A stretch of 64,000 nucleotides of DNA, from positions 10,028,849 through 10,092,848 of the forward strand of contig NW_003526943.1 in NCBI RefSeq assembly GCF_000181795.1. Reading direction: 5' to 3'. Positions within the stretch are counted from its first letter, which is position 1, and every line of letters begins with the position of its first letter. The translations under genes and the position numbers were made by a program. Below are positions 28,801-43,151 of this stretch, piece by piece. This DNA is from Trichinella spiralis. Its lineage: Eukaryota. The notes beneath the pieces are model-generated. The model was given only the letters and a program-made list of their open reading frames with translations, did no database searches and had not been told where the DNA came from.

Positions 28801-31800
28801 ATTAAACGTTGAATTCTTATATTTCTTGGTAAACAAATGAAGATACATTTTTAGATGCTGCTTTATTAAATTTATGCTTAATAAAGAATTTGTTTACACC
28901 AACTTTTTTCAGTATTTGCAGTAAAATTGTTTGAAAAGACATGTAAGAAACTAACAATAAACACTAAGGAATAAAAAAATTGAATAAACTGTATTTTTTT
29001 ATATGAAATTTATGTGTATATATGATTGTACAGTCTTAAGATTACTTTATTTTATCTTATTAAGTAATTTTTACTCTTTTTTTGCACAGCAGTTAAATTA
29101 AAAAGCACGTATCATCAGATCACTTCAAAGGTAGCAACTACTTAAGTGCATTGCAAAGTATTTTTTGATTTAAATTCAATTTAAATGCTGTTTGTAAAGT
29201 TTTAACAGTGAAAGTATATTTCATTGTAATAGTAATATGAAAGTCATTATGCTAAGTAAAAATTTTCATTAAATAATGTCAGCATTGCATAAATAGTTGT
29301 ACGCTTGCGCATATTTTAAATTTTGTCTTCTCCAATTATTAATAAAATCCATTTGTTATGTTGACGCTTATTAATAAGGAAAATTAAATCAAAGATACAA
29401 CTACACGGGTGGAGGTCGGAAGAGCCAGTTCTGCGGCAGCTGGTAGATTCGAAGAAAATGCAGAAAACGTTTCAAAGGGTGCGCCAAACCGGACCCTAAA
29501 CAAAATGCAAAACCATAACTTTTCTAATGTTCTCATTTTAACAATAACTCATCAGCAGTTACAAGCCAACAAAATCTTAAAATAATTGCAAAAGTTGGTG
29601 AAAATGCTGTTAAACTGTGCATAAATTTACAAAATCTTCACATATATATGCATATTTTACTAATTAAAACTAGAAAATAATGCAAACTTGTGAAAAACTT
29701 AAGTTTCCCATTAAAAACAATATTATACTTTTCACTGATGTTTATGATTATGCTTATTTGCATGTATGTATACGTTGAACCTTTTAAATATTAATTACTT
29801 TTGCTAACGAAAGAAAAATCTACGCCTAACAATGAATAAAATATCATTTAATTTGTATTAAAAAAATTATGTAACAAGTACCAGAGAAATAATAATTTAG
29901 TTTTTATACATAATTTTCAAATAATTCAATATCAACAGCCAGCTGGCGTTAAGTCTGTGATATGTACTTAGAATCAACAACTGGCTTTCATCAAATGAAC
30001 AACAGCATGTTTTGGTGAAAAATTCGATCAAATCAATTAATTTGCCTTAACATTCGTCATATTAACATAACTTAGCAAGCGATAATGATCATCAACATTA
30101 ACATGAGACAAAGTCAGTCACTGGTTAAAGTTGTATATGACAGAATTTTCACATGGAAAAATTATGGCCTGATAAATTCCAACATGAAAAGGAATGTTCA
30201 ACACTGTCATTGCTACAAGTCGGATTTAAAAATATTTAAATAAAATGAAATAAGCATTAATTAATAAAACAAAATTTTACATCAGCAGTTATTTTTAATT
30301 TGTGTTCGTAGTCGTGGGTTAACAGTGCTGCGATGTATTGCTCATTGTAGATTTGCTTTAAAGATGCCTTTAAAAAAGCAAAACCGTATTTCAAATTAGA
30401 ATGCAGTAATTTCTAATAAGCGTAAAATTATTACTTCATTTCAAAGAAAGTAGATTATTCACTTTTGTATCCCTATTTAAATTCAAATTAAAAAAAAATT
30501 TCTCATGAAATACTGTTATTACAAATCTGCCAAAACATACAAACAAATATGTACTGTAACTCATACGTTAATTATGAGTTAATAATTAGAATTGAATAGA
30601 AACTGCACTTTTAACTGAAATTATAGATCATATATTTGGCATAATGAATGATATTTATTTTATAATTTTTATTTATTATAAATGTACTATAACTGAATTT
30701 TAACACTTGTTTATTTAACAAAACTGCCTACCAAGTACATAATTATTTAAAATGCTAATATTTTTACTTACTGCTTTTAAAATAAACCGTCGCATTTAAT
30801 ATTATAATCATGCTTCTGACTTTGAAAAGTTTTTTAGTTCTAAAAAGATAAAAAAAGAGAAATTTATGAATCTAATTTAAAACTATGATTGCATTTTTAT
30901 AATTCATTAATATGCAACGCCATAATTAAAGATACTGATGACACAAGATATTCATTTCTTACATGAAATTTATTAGTAGCATTTACCAATAATAATTAAG
31001 AACCAAATAAGTAGCATAAGAGTAATCGTTATGCTGTTTTGAAAAGTTATCAAAATTTACATAAATGAATAACAAACAAAATAAAGTTGCTTTTTAATGC
31101 AAAAAAGAACTAAAAGACATTTGAAAATTTTTCATTAAAAAATGTTTTTTTATTTTGTATTTATTTTAATGAATTATTTTTTACTTCTGTTAAATTAAAA
31201 AAATTGACAAATAAAATGATGCTAAAAAGATATAAAAAAGAAGAGGGCACCAAATTTATAAACTTTTTGCAGCAAAAAGTATTCTGTAGACCGTCAGAAA
31301 AGCATGTTTTATTAAATGACATATTAATCGCACCCAAGACTTTATGAATGATCGATGAACACGTCTCTAATTATTAACTTTATACTTTTTATAAAATTAA
31401 CTAATCAGAAATTATTAAATTTTTGAACTTATCAAGAAAGATGACATTTCATTATTAAATGAATTGTAATACAAAATACATTGCCATAAAATCCTTTGTA
31501 CATTATTAGTTGAATGGATCTATACAACTTACTTTAAATAATTGCAAAACTTGAGTACAGTAAGCAAGCTGTGTTAGAATTTATAGAATAAAATTGTTTA
31601 TCATGTTTTGATGTGCTTTGAAAATATTTAAGATTAATTTTGCAATCTAGTTGCACTTAATTTTTTAAAGCTAATCTATTGTTAGTGAAACTGATCTTGT
31701 TTATTTTAATGACTTCTCAGTTTACTTACACGTAAATATACATTTTTTTCAAATGTTACAATATCTTATTACAATAGTTCTTTGCTCATTTCACAACTTA

Positions 31801-34800
31801 CAATGATATTTTTGACAATACAACGCATTATTAACACCAGTGAAATATTATAATCAGTAGTAGAAGTTTTGTTACAACACAATACACGCAGCTAAGGATT
31901 TTGACTTTGGATGTTTTAAGAAATGTAAAATATAATATGCAGTTAGAAGTAAAAAGTAGATAATTGTAAATATTAATAAAGTAAAAGCATTAAAAATTTC
32001 TTGGTATATAATTATTTTTAATTTGCTTTTTATAATTTTTCAGGAAAAATGAATATCCACATTTGCAAAAAAGTATGCTGATGTTAATATTAGAAGGGTT
32101 AATGAACAAAAACAGAAAAATTCTGGTAATTTGACGAACCATGGTGGCAAGAAAATGGGACTTTATGTCTTCTGCAAAGTATTTGATGCCTGAAATATTT
32201 TGATATGATTAATGTTTGTTCTTATTCAACACATTCCATTCTATTTTTAAAGTTTCTTGCAATTATTTTATGAAAATGCAAATGCAGCATACAATCTTCA
32301 TTCGTCTATTTTTGAAAGCATGGAGATATTCTGGAAGAATAACAAAAATAATCAATGAATTAAAATTTGTAAATTTTCAACAAACGAATCTTTGCAAAAC
32401 ATTATATTTGAAACAAATAATTTATAAGCATTAATAAAATGAACATTGATATTATATATACTTCTGATTAACATATGACATAATAATTTTTATAATATTT
32501 TACACTGAATTTTTGATAAAGCATAGGATTTTAAATCAAAATTGTTAATTTAAAATTTTTCACTAAAATATTACAGACATGCATGATGATTGTGTTACTG
32601 TTTAATATACAGCACCTTTGATGCAATTAATATCGTTTTGTACTATAAACCACATTACTGGCATTTTTTATTCTAACAGAGTAACAACAAGCATAAATCA
32701 GTTTAACTTTGAAAATTTTGAAACTATTCAATTAAAAATAAGAAACTGCAAGTTATACATGATATAGATGTTTTATTGTACACTATGTTATGGACATTAT
32801 ATATATATATTATTATTACATACATACAAAATAACATTAATTACATCCAGAGAGTGGCGTACATTAAACAGTGATACAGTTTGTCATGTATGTCTGTAAT
32901 TTTCTCAAACTTCTAGTTAAAACTTATATATATGTATATATGGTTTTGATTCTTTTGTTTTTTTAAATAAGGCACAAAGTCAGTGTACAATAAAATGCAA
33001 AGCACAAGCATAAGTTTCTATTATTTCATGTACTAAATCCAATTCATAGTATGTCTGACAAAAGAGGATGAACATGAAGATAAAATTTTCTATATAACTT
33101 ATATGATACATGAAAATGTGCAGTCAATTAATATGAACTCAATGCATGTGCTGAACGGAAATTTTTGCTTATATATCGTAATTTTACAGTAAGAAACAAC
33201 TATTAATGGAGAAATTTAAAAATCAGTATTAAAATGTACTTTTAGTAATTTCAAGATATTGCAAAGAAATGCTTACCATTGTAGTTTCTATTTAAAATGG
33301 TCATTACCATACATGATTAAGTAAACATTCATAGTGCAGTAGTAAAGCAAGCTAAACATGCTTGATATGTTTATAGTATTATTAATAACACATATGATGC
33401 ATTTCTTTCAATTTTTGCTTGTTAATTTACCTTAAAACTTTTTAAAATATCTCATTTACTAAATAAGTATACCTATTTCATATAAAGAATGCTTTATATA
33501 CATAAATTTGCATCATATATATGTGGTTCATTTTTGAATTTCACAGAAAGCAGCCATGCTAGGCTTTGTTTTATTTTTATTTGTTGCTTGCATTGAAGTG
33601 ACAGTCTCTTAAAAATTATATAATAATGATTTAGCGAGCTATTGATAAGCAGAAGAAGTATTTGTAGTGAAGTGATAAGTCAAATTTTAGTACTGCTGAA
33701 TGAATTGTTTAAGAAATAATAAATTTATTGAAATAACATTCTATTACAAAGAAAGATTAATTTGAAAGTGCAAAATAAAACTAAAAAATGCACGTTTCAT
33801 AGACACTTTATACGGATAATATTAAAAAGCAATGCACTTAGAGAGATTATTCAACAAGAGAAGTTTCCAAGTGATACTAAATTCACATCTATACCGAATC
33901 AGTGATTATATTAAAATATAAAGCATCCACTTTTAGAAAAGCGCACAACACTGTTCCGGATGCTTACAATAAGTTACAGTAGAATAGAATAAATATTTTA
34001 TATAAATTGCAACAAAATTTATTTTCATTTAATTGAGTGAAAATTTTCTTGTACTTGTACTTGACATTGTGTAATTTTGAACATTTTAAATGATATTGTA
34101 CAGAACAAAGATTAGTTGGTGTTAGTGTTGTAAAACACAGTCAATTTTGTGCAAGAACATGTTTTAAACATGCGATATACTTGTATATCTGTTTCTAAAT
34201 TTAAACAAAATACTGATTGCTTACCTTATCATAATTTTCCATCTTGTAATCCAGGTCGTTTTCAATGATGATGATTTATTTCTGAGCCTTAGAACAGCTG
34301 GATTATTTCACTTTACAAACAGAGATTTTTTCTGCTAAACTTACAACATTTATACAATTTAATAAAAATGTTAAGAATAATAATAAAATACAATAATCAG
34401 CTAATGAAAAAAGTCTTAGCTGAAGAAAGCAATATTGAAAAAAAAAATTGTTCACACAACCCTGAATGGAAATATTCATTTGGGAAGAATGAGAAGAATG
34501 CGCTGAATGGAAACAATAAAAGCGGTAAGAGTGTTACCAAAAATGCATAACTTGAATTAAAATGAAGTTTTTCAACTATTGATAGCTTGGATTGAATTTC
34601 ATTTTTGGCACCCTGCAGCATCCAAGGCGACATTTGGTCGCTGGCGGCTCTTGTAGCATTCGATCCATGAAAATTGTACAGTTAACGCATTACTACTTCC
34701 TGTCCTCCTTCTTATTTTCAATGTCGTCTCGTTTGCACCTAAAAGTGTGATCAATCAATCAGCATCAATCGACGAGGACTTGAGGAATTTGATTTTGCTC

Positions 34801-37800
34801 ATTCAAGAAAGCTGCAGCAGATTTGCTTTTTGCTCGAAGCTAATTGCCGATATCAGTTGAAATTATTGTTATTTTTCTATTTCTTTACAAATATGCATAT
34901 ATTGCATATGTTTATTTATTTATTATTTAAGTAAAAATGGATTGCTTATCTTTGATTATTTACAACAACAAGAATAATAACAGCTAAACATTAAACATAA
35001 ATACGTTCAATAAAACTGTACTATTTTGTGCATGTTCAAGAGAAGATAAATACTTCACGCCTATATCAAATTATAAGTCGCATTTCAAATCATGTCTGCA
35101 TGTGTTATTAGATTTTATCATTGACATATAGATGGATACAATAGAAGAAGAGTTTAGACAAGTTTTACATGCATGTCCCAATTTGTTCAACTTCTACATT
35201 GATAGAAGCAGGCATGATTATTGTCTTTTGTGGATAAATGTTTACTATTTTAAAATTTCTAATATAATATGTATCAACTTTCCATTACATAAGTAAATGC
35301 ATCTCAAAATACTTCATCCAAAATTACATATATATATATATATACCTATGTATACATATGTTCATGGAGGATATATTGGGTTTGTATTTTTCAAAAAGCT
35401 TATTATATTCTGCTTATGAATATAATTAACTGTATATTAATAAATAATGAGCAAAAAAGAAAAAAAGAGTAGAATATCTTTTGCTTTCCCAAAAATTCAA
35501 CAACTAGTGTAAAAATAGTGAAATATAAATTTGAGCTATTTTTTAATTTTCTAATAAACAAGCAACATTGCAAGAATGATATATGTGTTTATTGAACCAA
35601 AACGGAAACAGAAACAAAAATCAAGGGATAAAGCAAGTAGCAATAATATCCCCCTCATCTTGGTTGAAACTGCAAGTGCTTTATCACCACCATTTGATCA
35701 TGGCTGCGTCAGGTCTGGAATGCGCACATTATTCAATTTTCATTTTACAAGTGCGCTTTCCGTAAGCGTTTCTTTTCCATCGTATATATTTTACTTTCAC
35801 GAAGATTAGAATTTAAAAAATTTTTCATTGCAACAACCATAAAATAACCAATGCTGCTGCTACTGCTTATTGCAAAATTTTCACTTTTCATATTTTTAAC
35901 AAAATCTTACAGAGAATACTAACTAACAAAAAAACAAAATTATATCAAGAAAAAGAAAAAGGTATTGCAAAAGAAGAATATCATGTTAATATTAATTAAT
36001 AATTTTTATAAATTTCTGTAACAGATGTAGAGCATGGTATTTCATTCGTGATAACTTTACCTGTCATCCATCCAATAGCTGTGCGTATTGCAAAAACATT
36101 CATTCATTCATTCATTCATTACCTGATCTATCTAATGTCGGTGATCAAACTGTCTCTTCTCAATGAAATGAGAATAAATGACAAATTTTAAATTTACCAT
36201 TTATAATATATTCAGTTCATTTTTTTAAATTTCAATTGAAAAAATATTTAAAATCTGTTGTTAAAAATATTCTTGTAATGTATGAGAGTAGTGTTGTCAC
36301 GAATTGCAAAGGATAAAAATTCATCAGTAATGTTTGATATTTATTCACATAACAAACTGTATTTTTAAAATTCTTAACTTTCACCTGCTTGAAAACTTTT
36401 TTTTATTAACTTTGTGAATCTGTTCCGCATTAGTTCGGATGAAATGATAATTGGATCATAAAAATTTTACATTTAAACTGCTTCATTTGAAGTTAAATTT
36501 ATTTCCTTTGATGTTGTTCGATAATGTTCTATCGCACATGTTTTATGATTTTTGTCATAGGATAAGTGAGATCTTTTGATAAGGATCAGCGATATTTTGA
36601 AATTTATTATTGGATAAATAATACGTACGACTATATCAAATAGATTAATAGGCATACGAGTTGAAAGGGAACATTTTCAAATTAAAATAATGTTTAACAA
36701 TAAGTCACAAACGTTTTCTAAAAATATAAATTATTTGCAATTTCAGTATTAAATTTTTGAAAAACAAAGTGATCAAAAAAGTTCAATGTAATGTCCAATG
36801 AATAAGTAAAATGATTTTTAAAAAAAGTGATATTTAATTACAAACAATAATTTATTACTATTATTATTATTATTGAAATTTACAATATTATAAATTGATA
36901 ATGAAATCAAGATGATTATTTTTCAATAATTATTCTTTTCCCTCTTAGGGGGTGCCTGAGCCAACGGCAACAACCAGCAAGCAGCCTGCTTGCATTTAGA
37001 AGCATCCTCCCTTGCAGGTGGGCACAGTTGTATGCCTATATGTCCGACCTTGGTAAAATGTAGAAAAAAGATTGCTGTTAGCTGCTTTTGCCCAGTAAAA
37101 GTGGTCGAACAAAACAGCTGTATGGCGATGACGATGAAGGCCAGCAATGTATCGTTACTGACCGAAAGCGAAACTTGACCAACCACGGCTAACAGTTGGC
37201 CAACGGCCTTCCATCTCTGTCAATCTGCTTTTTTTCTTCTTTTAGCTCAAGGATGGTTGTTTTCTTTGCTTGTTGGTCCTATTTGACAGTATTTGCCAGA
37301 CGTTGCTTATTCCATTTAAACTGTTGCATATTCATCTTTATTATTACAATTGATTTTTAAAAATTATTCTACTAAAAATTTTCCATCTAAAATATCAATA
37401 TTTCAACAAACCAATCATTGTTAACTATTGTAAAATAAAATTGAAATAACATTACCATGCAGAAGATAGATATAAGAAAACTTGTACATTGTGAAGCGGT
37501 TTACTTATTCAATAAATTCTATTGTATATATTAAGCTAGTTTAGATATTTGACGGTAATTATTAAATTTTTCCGGAGACTTTTCCTGGGTAATTTTTCTT
37601 CTTCACCTATTTTCAACGGAATGCACAATGAGGCTACACTTAAGAGATTTCTTTTCTTAATTAACGTGAGGCTTTTACTAAACTAGTTTTCCATCTTATT
37701 TAATATGTACATTTCATGAAATCAATGTTTTCCATATTAGATTAATTAATTAATAATCTTCAAATGAAAAAAAAGTATATCTTTGCTTCAAATATGCTGC

Positions 37801-40800
37801 CATATGTTTTTATTTACAAAATGCAAAATCATCAGCTGATTTCAAAAATGAAAATATTTAACTTGAAACTATGCAACAAAACAGTTCAATATTTGATACA
37901 GGTACACGTGTTTTTTGTTATTATAAAAAATCATTATAATATATAATTGATTTGAATTTTGTGATCATTCTATTCCCATTATCAGAGACTTTAGCGTTTT
38001 TTAAGTTTACATTTAAAGATACAAACAGCATGCAACTTTTGAAAATAAAACTTTAAAAAAAACTAATAATAAAAAGATAATTTCACATGACATCGAAAAT
38101 TGCTTCACATCCTCAGGGTTTGCAAGCTTTATCTTCGAGCTTATTAAAACTGTCATTGTCATATGTAATAAATTAGCTGCGCCATACATTAAAATTGACT
38201 TTCGCACGAATTCCATTTCAACAGCTGTTCTCTGAATAGCTGGCTTTTCAAAGGAAAACAGCCGTTTATCGTTAGCCGTTTTGAAAAATTGTGCACATTT
38301 GTAAAACTTTTGGTCAGTTTTAATTGTCATCACTTGTTTAATGTGATTTTGTTTTCTATTGAAGCAGAAAAAAAACAACTTTTATTACATATTTTCAAAA
38401 GTTTCTGAAAATTATATTATCTGTATGTGAAAATGATACAGTTAATAAATAAATGGACAGTTTAAATATATATTATCATTTAATTTGACGTAATGAATTT
38501 GATAAAAGTGGAATTGAAAATGGTGGTGGTTATTAATAAGTAGTAAATATGCGATGTAGATTGATTTTGTCGACAAAGTATTTGATTGCATAATCGACAT
38601 TATTATTACCTTGAATGGCCGCTTTTGTTTAATGTGGGTCGACTTCATCGCAGCTGAAAATAGTCGTACTGTGAGCAATGATTGTTGCTGTCAGGCGTGA
38701 AAAGAAGTCACTGAAATTGACCTCAGCTGTTTGATGAAAGCGAACATGAAAGGGAAAAGCTTTATTTTCTAGCAAAACGGTTTTCATTGAACAGAAGCTA
38801 GTCCTTGGATCAGGCGTTTGTAGACAATAAGAAGGGCACTTCACTTTGACAGCAATACAGACAGATTGATTGTCTGTGTGTAAAGTACAAAAATTGTAAA
38901 TAAATAAATAAATGAGGAAGCTGAGGCTAGGGCTTTGTTCGACCAGTTTCAAAAGTGACGTCGAATATACCAAACGTACAAAAGTGACACTTCAGCAAAA
39001 AATACAATCACCTGTCTCAACAGTGGTACCTTCCCCCTGTTCTACCCCTCATTTTGCATTCTCATCTCATTTCCTGTAAAAATCAGCTGTTCCATTTTCT
39101 TCTTCTTCCACTTCACTACAAAATATGTATATATAGCTCATATTTTCCAACGGATAGTTAGTTTTATTTTTAAATATTTCATCGTAAGCAAATCATGTTT
39201 TAATTCTTTTTTCTCTTCAAACTCCAAGACATCAAAGTTAGCAAAATACAAACTTCTGCTGGATGTTGCAAAATTTAATCGAAAAGCAATTTACATTCCA
39301 ATTTTTTCAAACACCATTTATCTTGAAACCTAATCCTGTGAGTACAATTTCAGTTAAACAAAAAAGATACATCATATTTTTTTCGTTATTAAAAATATTC
39401 AACAAACAATATTGAAAAAGTATTTACCTACGTGATTGAGAACTTTGAAATATGCACAAAAATTTGTAAAATGGGAAATTCTCTTTTTACTGTTGTTCAG
39501 CTAATAAAATGCAATCTACTATTTTTAATCTACGACAATTATATTCAATTACAAAACGATACACGATCAACTTTCCCACCTCCCACCTGCACATGTGTAG
39601 AAGAAGATGTGCAAATTTCATAATTTTTGTTTTTTACAAAATTTTTTAAAATTATTGTTCATTCCCCCTTCCCCTCCCTCTTTCTCTTTTATTCTTTACC
39701 CACAATCAGATCACGTTTATAACATAACGTAAAACCGACAAATCTTTCCCGCCAAACGGCTATATGCTTGCTATATGATGAACAGTGGCTGTTTCTGTCG
39801 CCGTTAGCGACCGGATGTTCTTAATCAACTGACAGTGACAAACGTTACTTCTTTCAAACTGACCTCAATTAAATCTCGGAAAAGCTACATAAAACGTTGG
39901 TCCCACATAAAGCTGTTCTTCAAACTTGTGGCAAAGCCGTCAACTGTCCACTGAATCAATCATCCGTACTCGTGTGCCGTCTGTTGCCGCATTTTAACAC
40001 TGTCATTTCAAATAATCCGCCCTTTGACGTACAACATAACTTTGGACACTGTGAAAATTAGCATTTGAAAACTTTTAAAACCGAAAAAGCATAATTGCAA
40101 TGTAACATAATTTGTGTAAAAAGAAAAACATTTTTTTTCTTATTCATCTTTATTTGTTTATTGTTTAAAAATAATAAAGAATATTCGCTTTGAAATTGCA
40201 CAATGTCAGCTTATCTGATGCAACGGATATCCTTGACCCAGTTTGTGGCAAAAATAAATGAAAAGGCTTACATCCCTAAAGTATGCGCGTGAAATGATAA
40301 GAGAGAGTGCCGACGATAAACGGTCTCCGAAGAGAACCTTAAACGACTACTTTAAAAGTGGTTAGCAGTCCTTGAGGGCTGCATAATTTTGCAAAGCTTC
40401 CGGTTCAACGGACGTCACTCGGGAACCGTTTGACAAGCAGCTGGTCGACGAAGGTTCACTTCAGGTCGACTATATTGTATGTTCATTTGATCGACCAACT
40501 GATGATCAGGCAGCTTGCCATTGCGCCTATTTCTCTGCCCCCTTTGGATTTGGGATAAAACAAAAAAAAATAAAATAAACTATATAAAAAAATAAAACAC
40601 CGGCAGAAAATAAAGAAAATCAGAGGTATCCGGCCTGTTTCCGTTCAGATGGCAAAGCCGAGCAAGCATTCTGCACTGCGACCCAAACTTCATTCGGTTC
40701 ACTACATCCGACAATTGTTGAACGCGGCTAATCTCGGCCACTGACTACTATATAGCCGGATAGGTTTGAGCCTGTTATATCCATCACCACGAGCAAAAGA

Positions 40801-42045
40801 AGCTTTTCACCAAAGGTGACGAGCAGGAAATGTACAAAATACAAAAAGAGAAACAGTTATCCAGAAACAAACAAACAAACAAACAAAATAATATATTGAA
40901 AATTTGACAACTTCTTTTTGCATGAGATTAAAAATAATAAAAAAACAGATGTGCAAATAAAAAAGATAATAAAATAAATAAATTGGCTTGTAAAATGTGA
41001 ACAATTTTATTATCAGATGTGAAGTTTGTTGAAAAGTTCCCCTTTGAACAAACTGCGGCCGCTCTTTTTCAAAAGCAACGAAATATTGTTGTCAAAATGC
41101 TGTTTGTTGCTTAGTTTTCATCATTTATGCAAACTTGATACTCGATCATAAATTTTCAACCTTCTGATAAAAAGCGAATTTATTGTGTCATCATCATCAT
41201 CTACTTTGCTTATTTCTTCTTTTTTTTTCAATTTCAATCCATGTTTTCATTTTCACATCTCAGACTCATTTAAATTTATATTTAAAAAACTGTAAAAAAG
41301 AAAATACATATTCAAAATTAAAAAAAATTGTATAAATTATGCAATTTTTATTTATTTATTCTTTAAACATTTCTTTCAATTTTTCCATCGTCCAATCTTA
41401 TCAAAGTTTGTCGTTCTGCTATTAAATTGTATGGAGGAATTTAATAAATTGTAATAAAATGGAAAAAAGTTTTTTTTTCGGTAAAACAACATTTCCATTG
41501 TAACAATTCTTCTAACATTTGATGAGCTCAATTATTTGCAAATTTTCGACAATAATATGAAGAAATCATTCATGAGAAAATGGAAATTGGTCGATCATCT
41601 TCGTCCCGGTCAAGTCAGTTTTCCGCTTAGCTTGCTTATTAAGCTTTCTTCTCATGAGAAGGATTTTGAAAGAGATGACGACACAAAGAAGACACAAAAT
41701 CAATTTCACCTATCATATTACTATTACTGTTAATAATAATAATATTATTATTATCGTCATCATTAACATCATTGCATATTGTTAAATTAAAAATATTTCT
41801 TTGTAAAAGCATGTTAATTTTTGGCAAAACCACAGAAATCAAACAATACACGCAATAAGTAATATGAATGCATTGTACACGGATGTTATTTTTCCATCAC
41901 GATGATCTTTCATTACGGAACAATATCATGTCCTGAAGCTTATTCCGCTTGAATTCTCTCGTTCATATAGTCTAATTGAGAAAATTTCCTCTTGCCGACA
42001 AAACCCTCAAAGCTTACACGCAATTTCAATTATAATGTAACAAAC

Positions 42046-42078
<33 letters not shown>

Positions 42079-43151
42079 CGTTCATAGACTAATCAATCAA
42101 TATAAACAATAATAAACCATTTTAAATTGTTTATCCAAATTATAAAAAAAACAAGAATGAAATCTTACGTTCAATTTAATCAATGAAATCACTTTCGAAA
42201 CTAAAAGTAATGAATTAAAGAGTGAAATATAATTTCACAATACTACAAAATAGTGGCAAGATTTCATAATTTTTTTTATACATCGACTTAATTTGAATTT
42301 TCATTTTTTTGAAATTTCATAAGAATTTATTTAAATGTGAAAAATAATCCAAAAGAAAAAATGGCATACAAATCAAGAATTCGCGTTTATATACATATAT
42401 ATATACTTGTATATGTAGTTTTATTTCAACATAAAATTTGTTATTGTTGTTGTTGTTGTTTTTAATTATAAATTTCTATGGAATGTAATTGGAAAAGTTC
42501 GTTCGCTTTTTGAAAAACAAAGCCCCCTACCCCTGATCACGTATTAGCCGGCCGATCGGAAAGGTTAATTTTAGTATTGCGGCGTTGTACAAAAGTCGAC
42601 GAAGGAAATTAGCATAATGACATGGCTAATTTCGTGTTTTGATGCGTTGCAGCGAGTCAGTTTTGGTCGATTGGTGTTGTAAACCAGCTGTCGAATTTTT
42701 CCAAAAGAATACAATTAGAAGAATATTTTGTACTGTTTGTTCCTCGTATTTTTCCTCGAAAGTCGCTTCCGTCCAACAAAAATTCAGTACCATAGTTGTC
42801 GTCATTATTCCAAAAGGTGGCGCTCTTGTCGTCGGCAGCCGACAACAAACAGCTGTGCCGAATTCACCAATGGCCTTTGCGTTCCGACTGGACCGACGAA
42901 TCCGCTGTCGAGGAGCAGGACCGTCGGCTTTATAGTTCTGCCGACCGAATCCTTTTCCGTCACTTGTTCGAACGTTCTACTCGATTCGTGGACCTCTTGG
43001 AAAGTTTTGTTCGTTCTTGTGAAATATATAACTAGTGGAAGAAGAAGTATTTCCATTCTCTCTATATATATATATAAGCTGCTCAATCAATATATTCATC
43101 TGACTATTCATATTCATTTTTGTTATCCACATTTTATTATACACAATTGAA

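Noticed and set aside
27991..42000. Numerous 60-120 aa ORFs in the region upstream of cyclin D
   Set aside because: Composition dominated by F/I/K/N/L as in AT-rich non-coding DNA, with no consistent splice chain or domain motifs.
42605..42633. 9-bp inverted repeat GAAATTAGC...GCTAATTTC upstream of cyclin D
   Set aside because: Short and AT-rich; expected by chance in a window this size.
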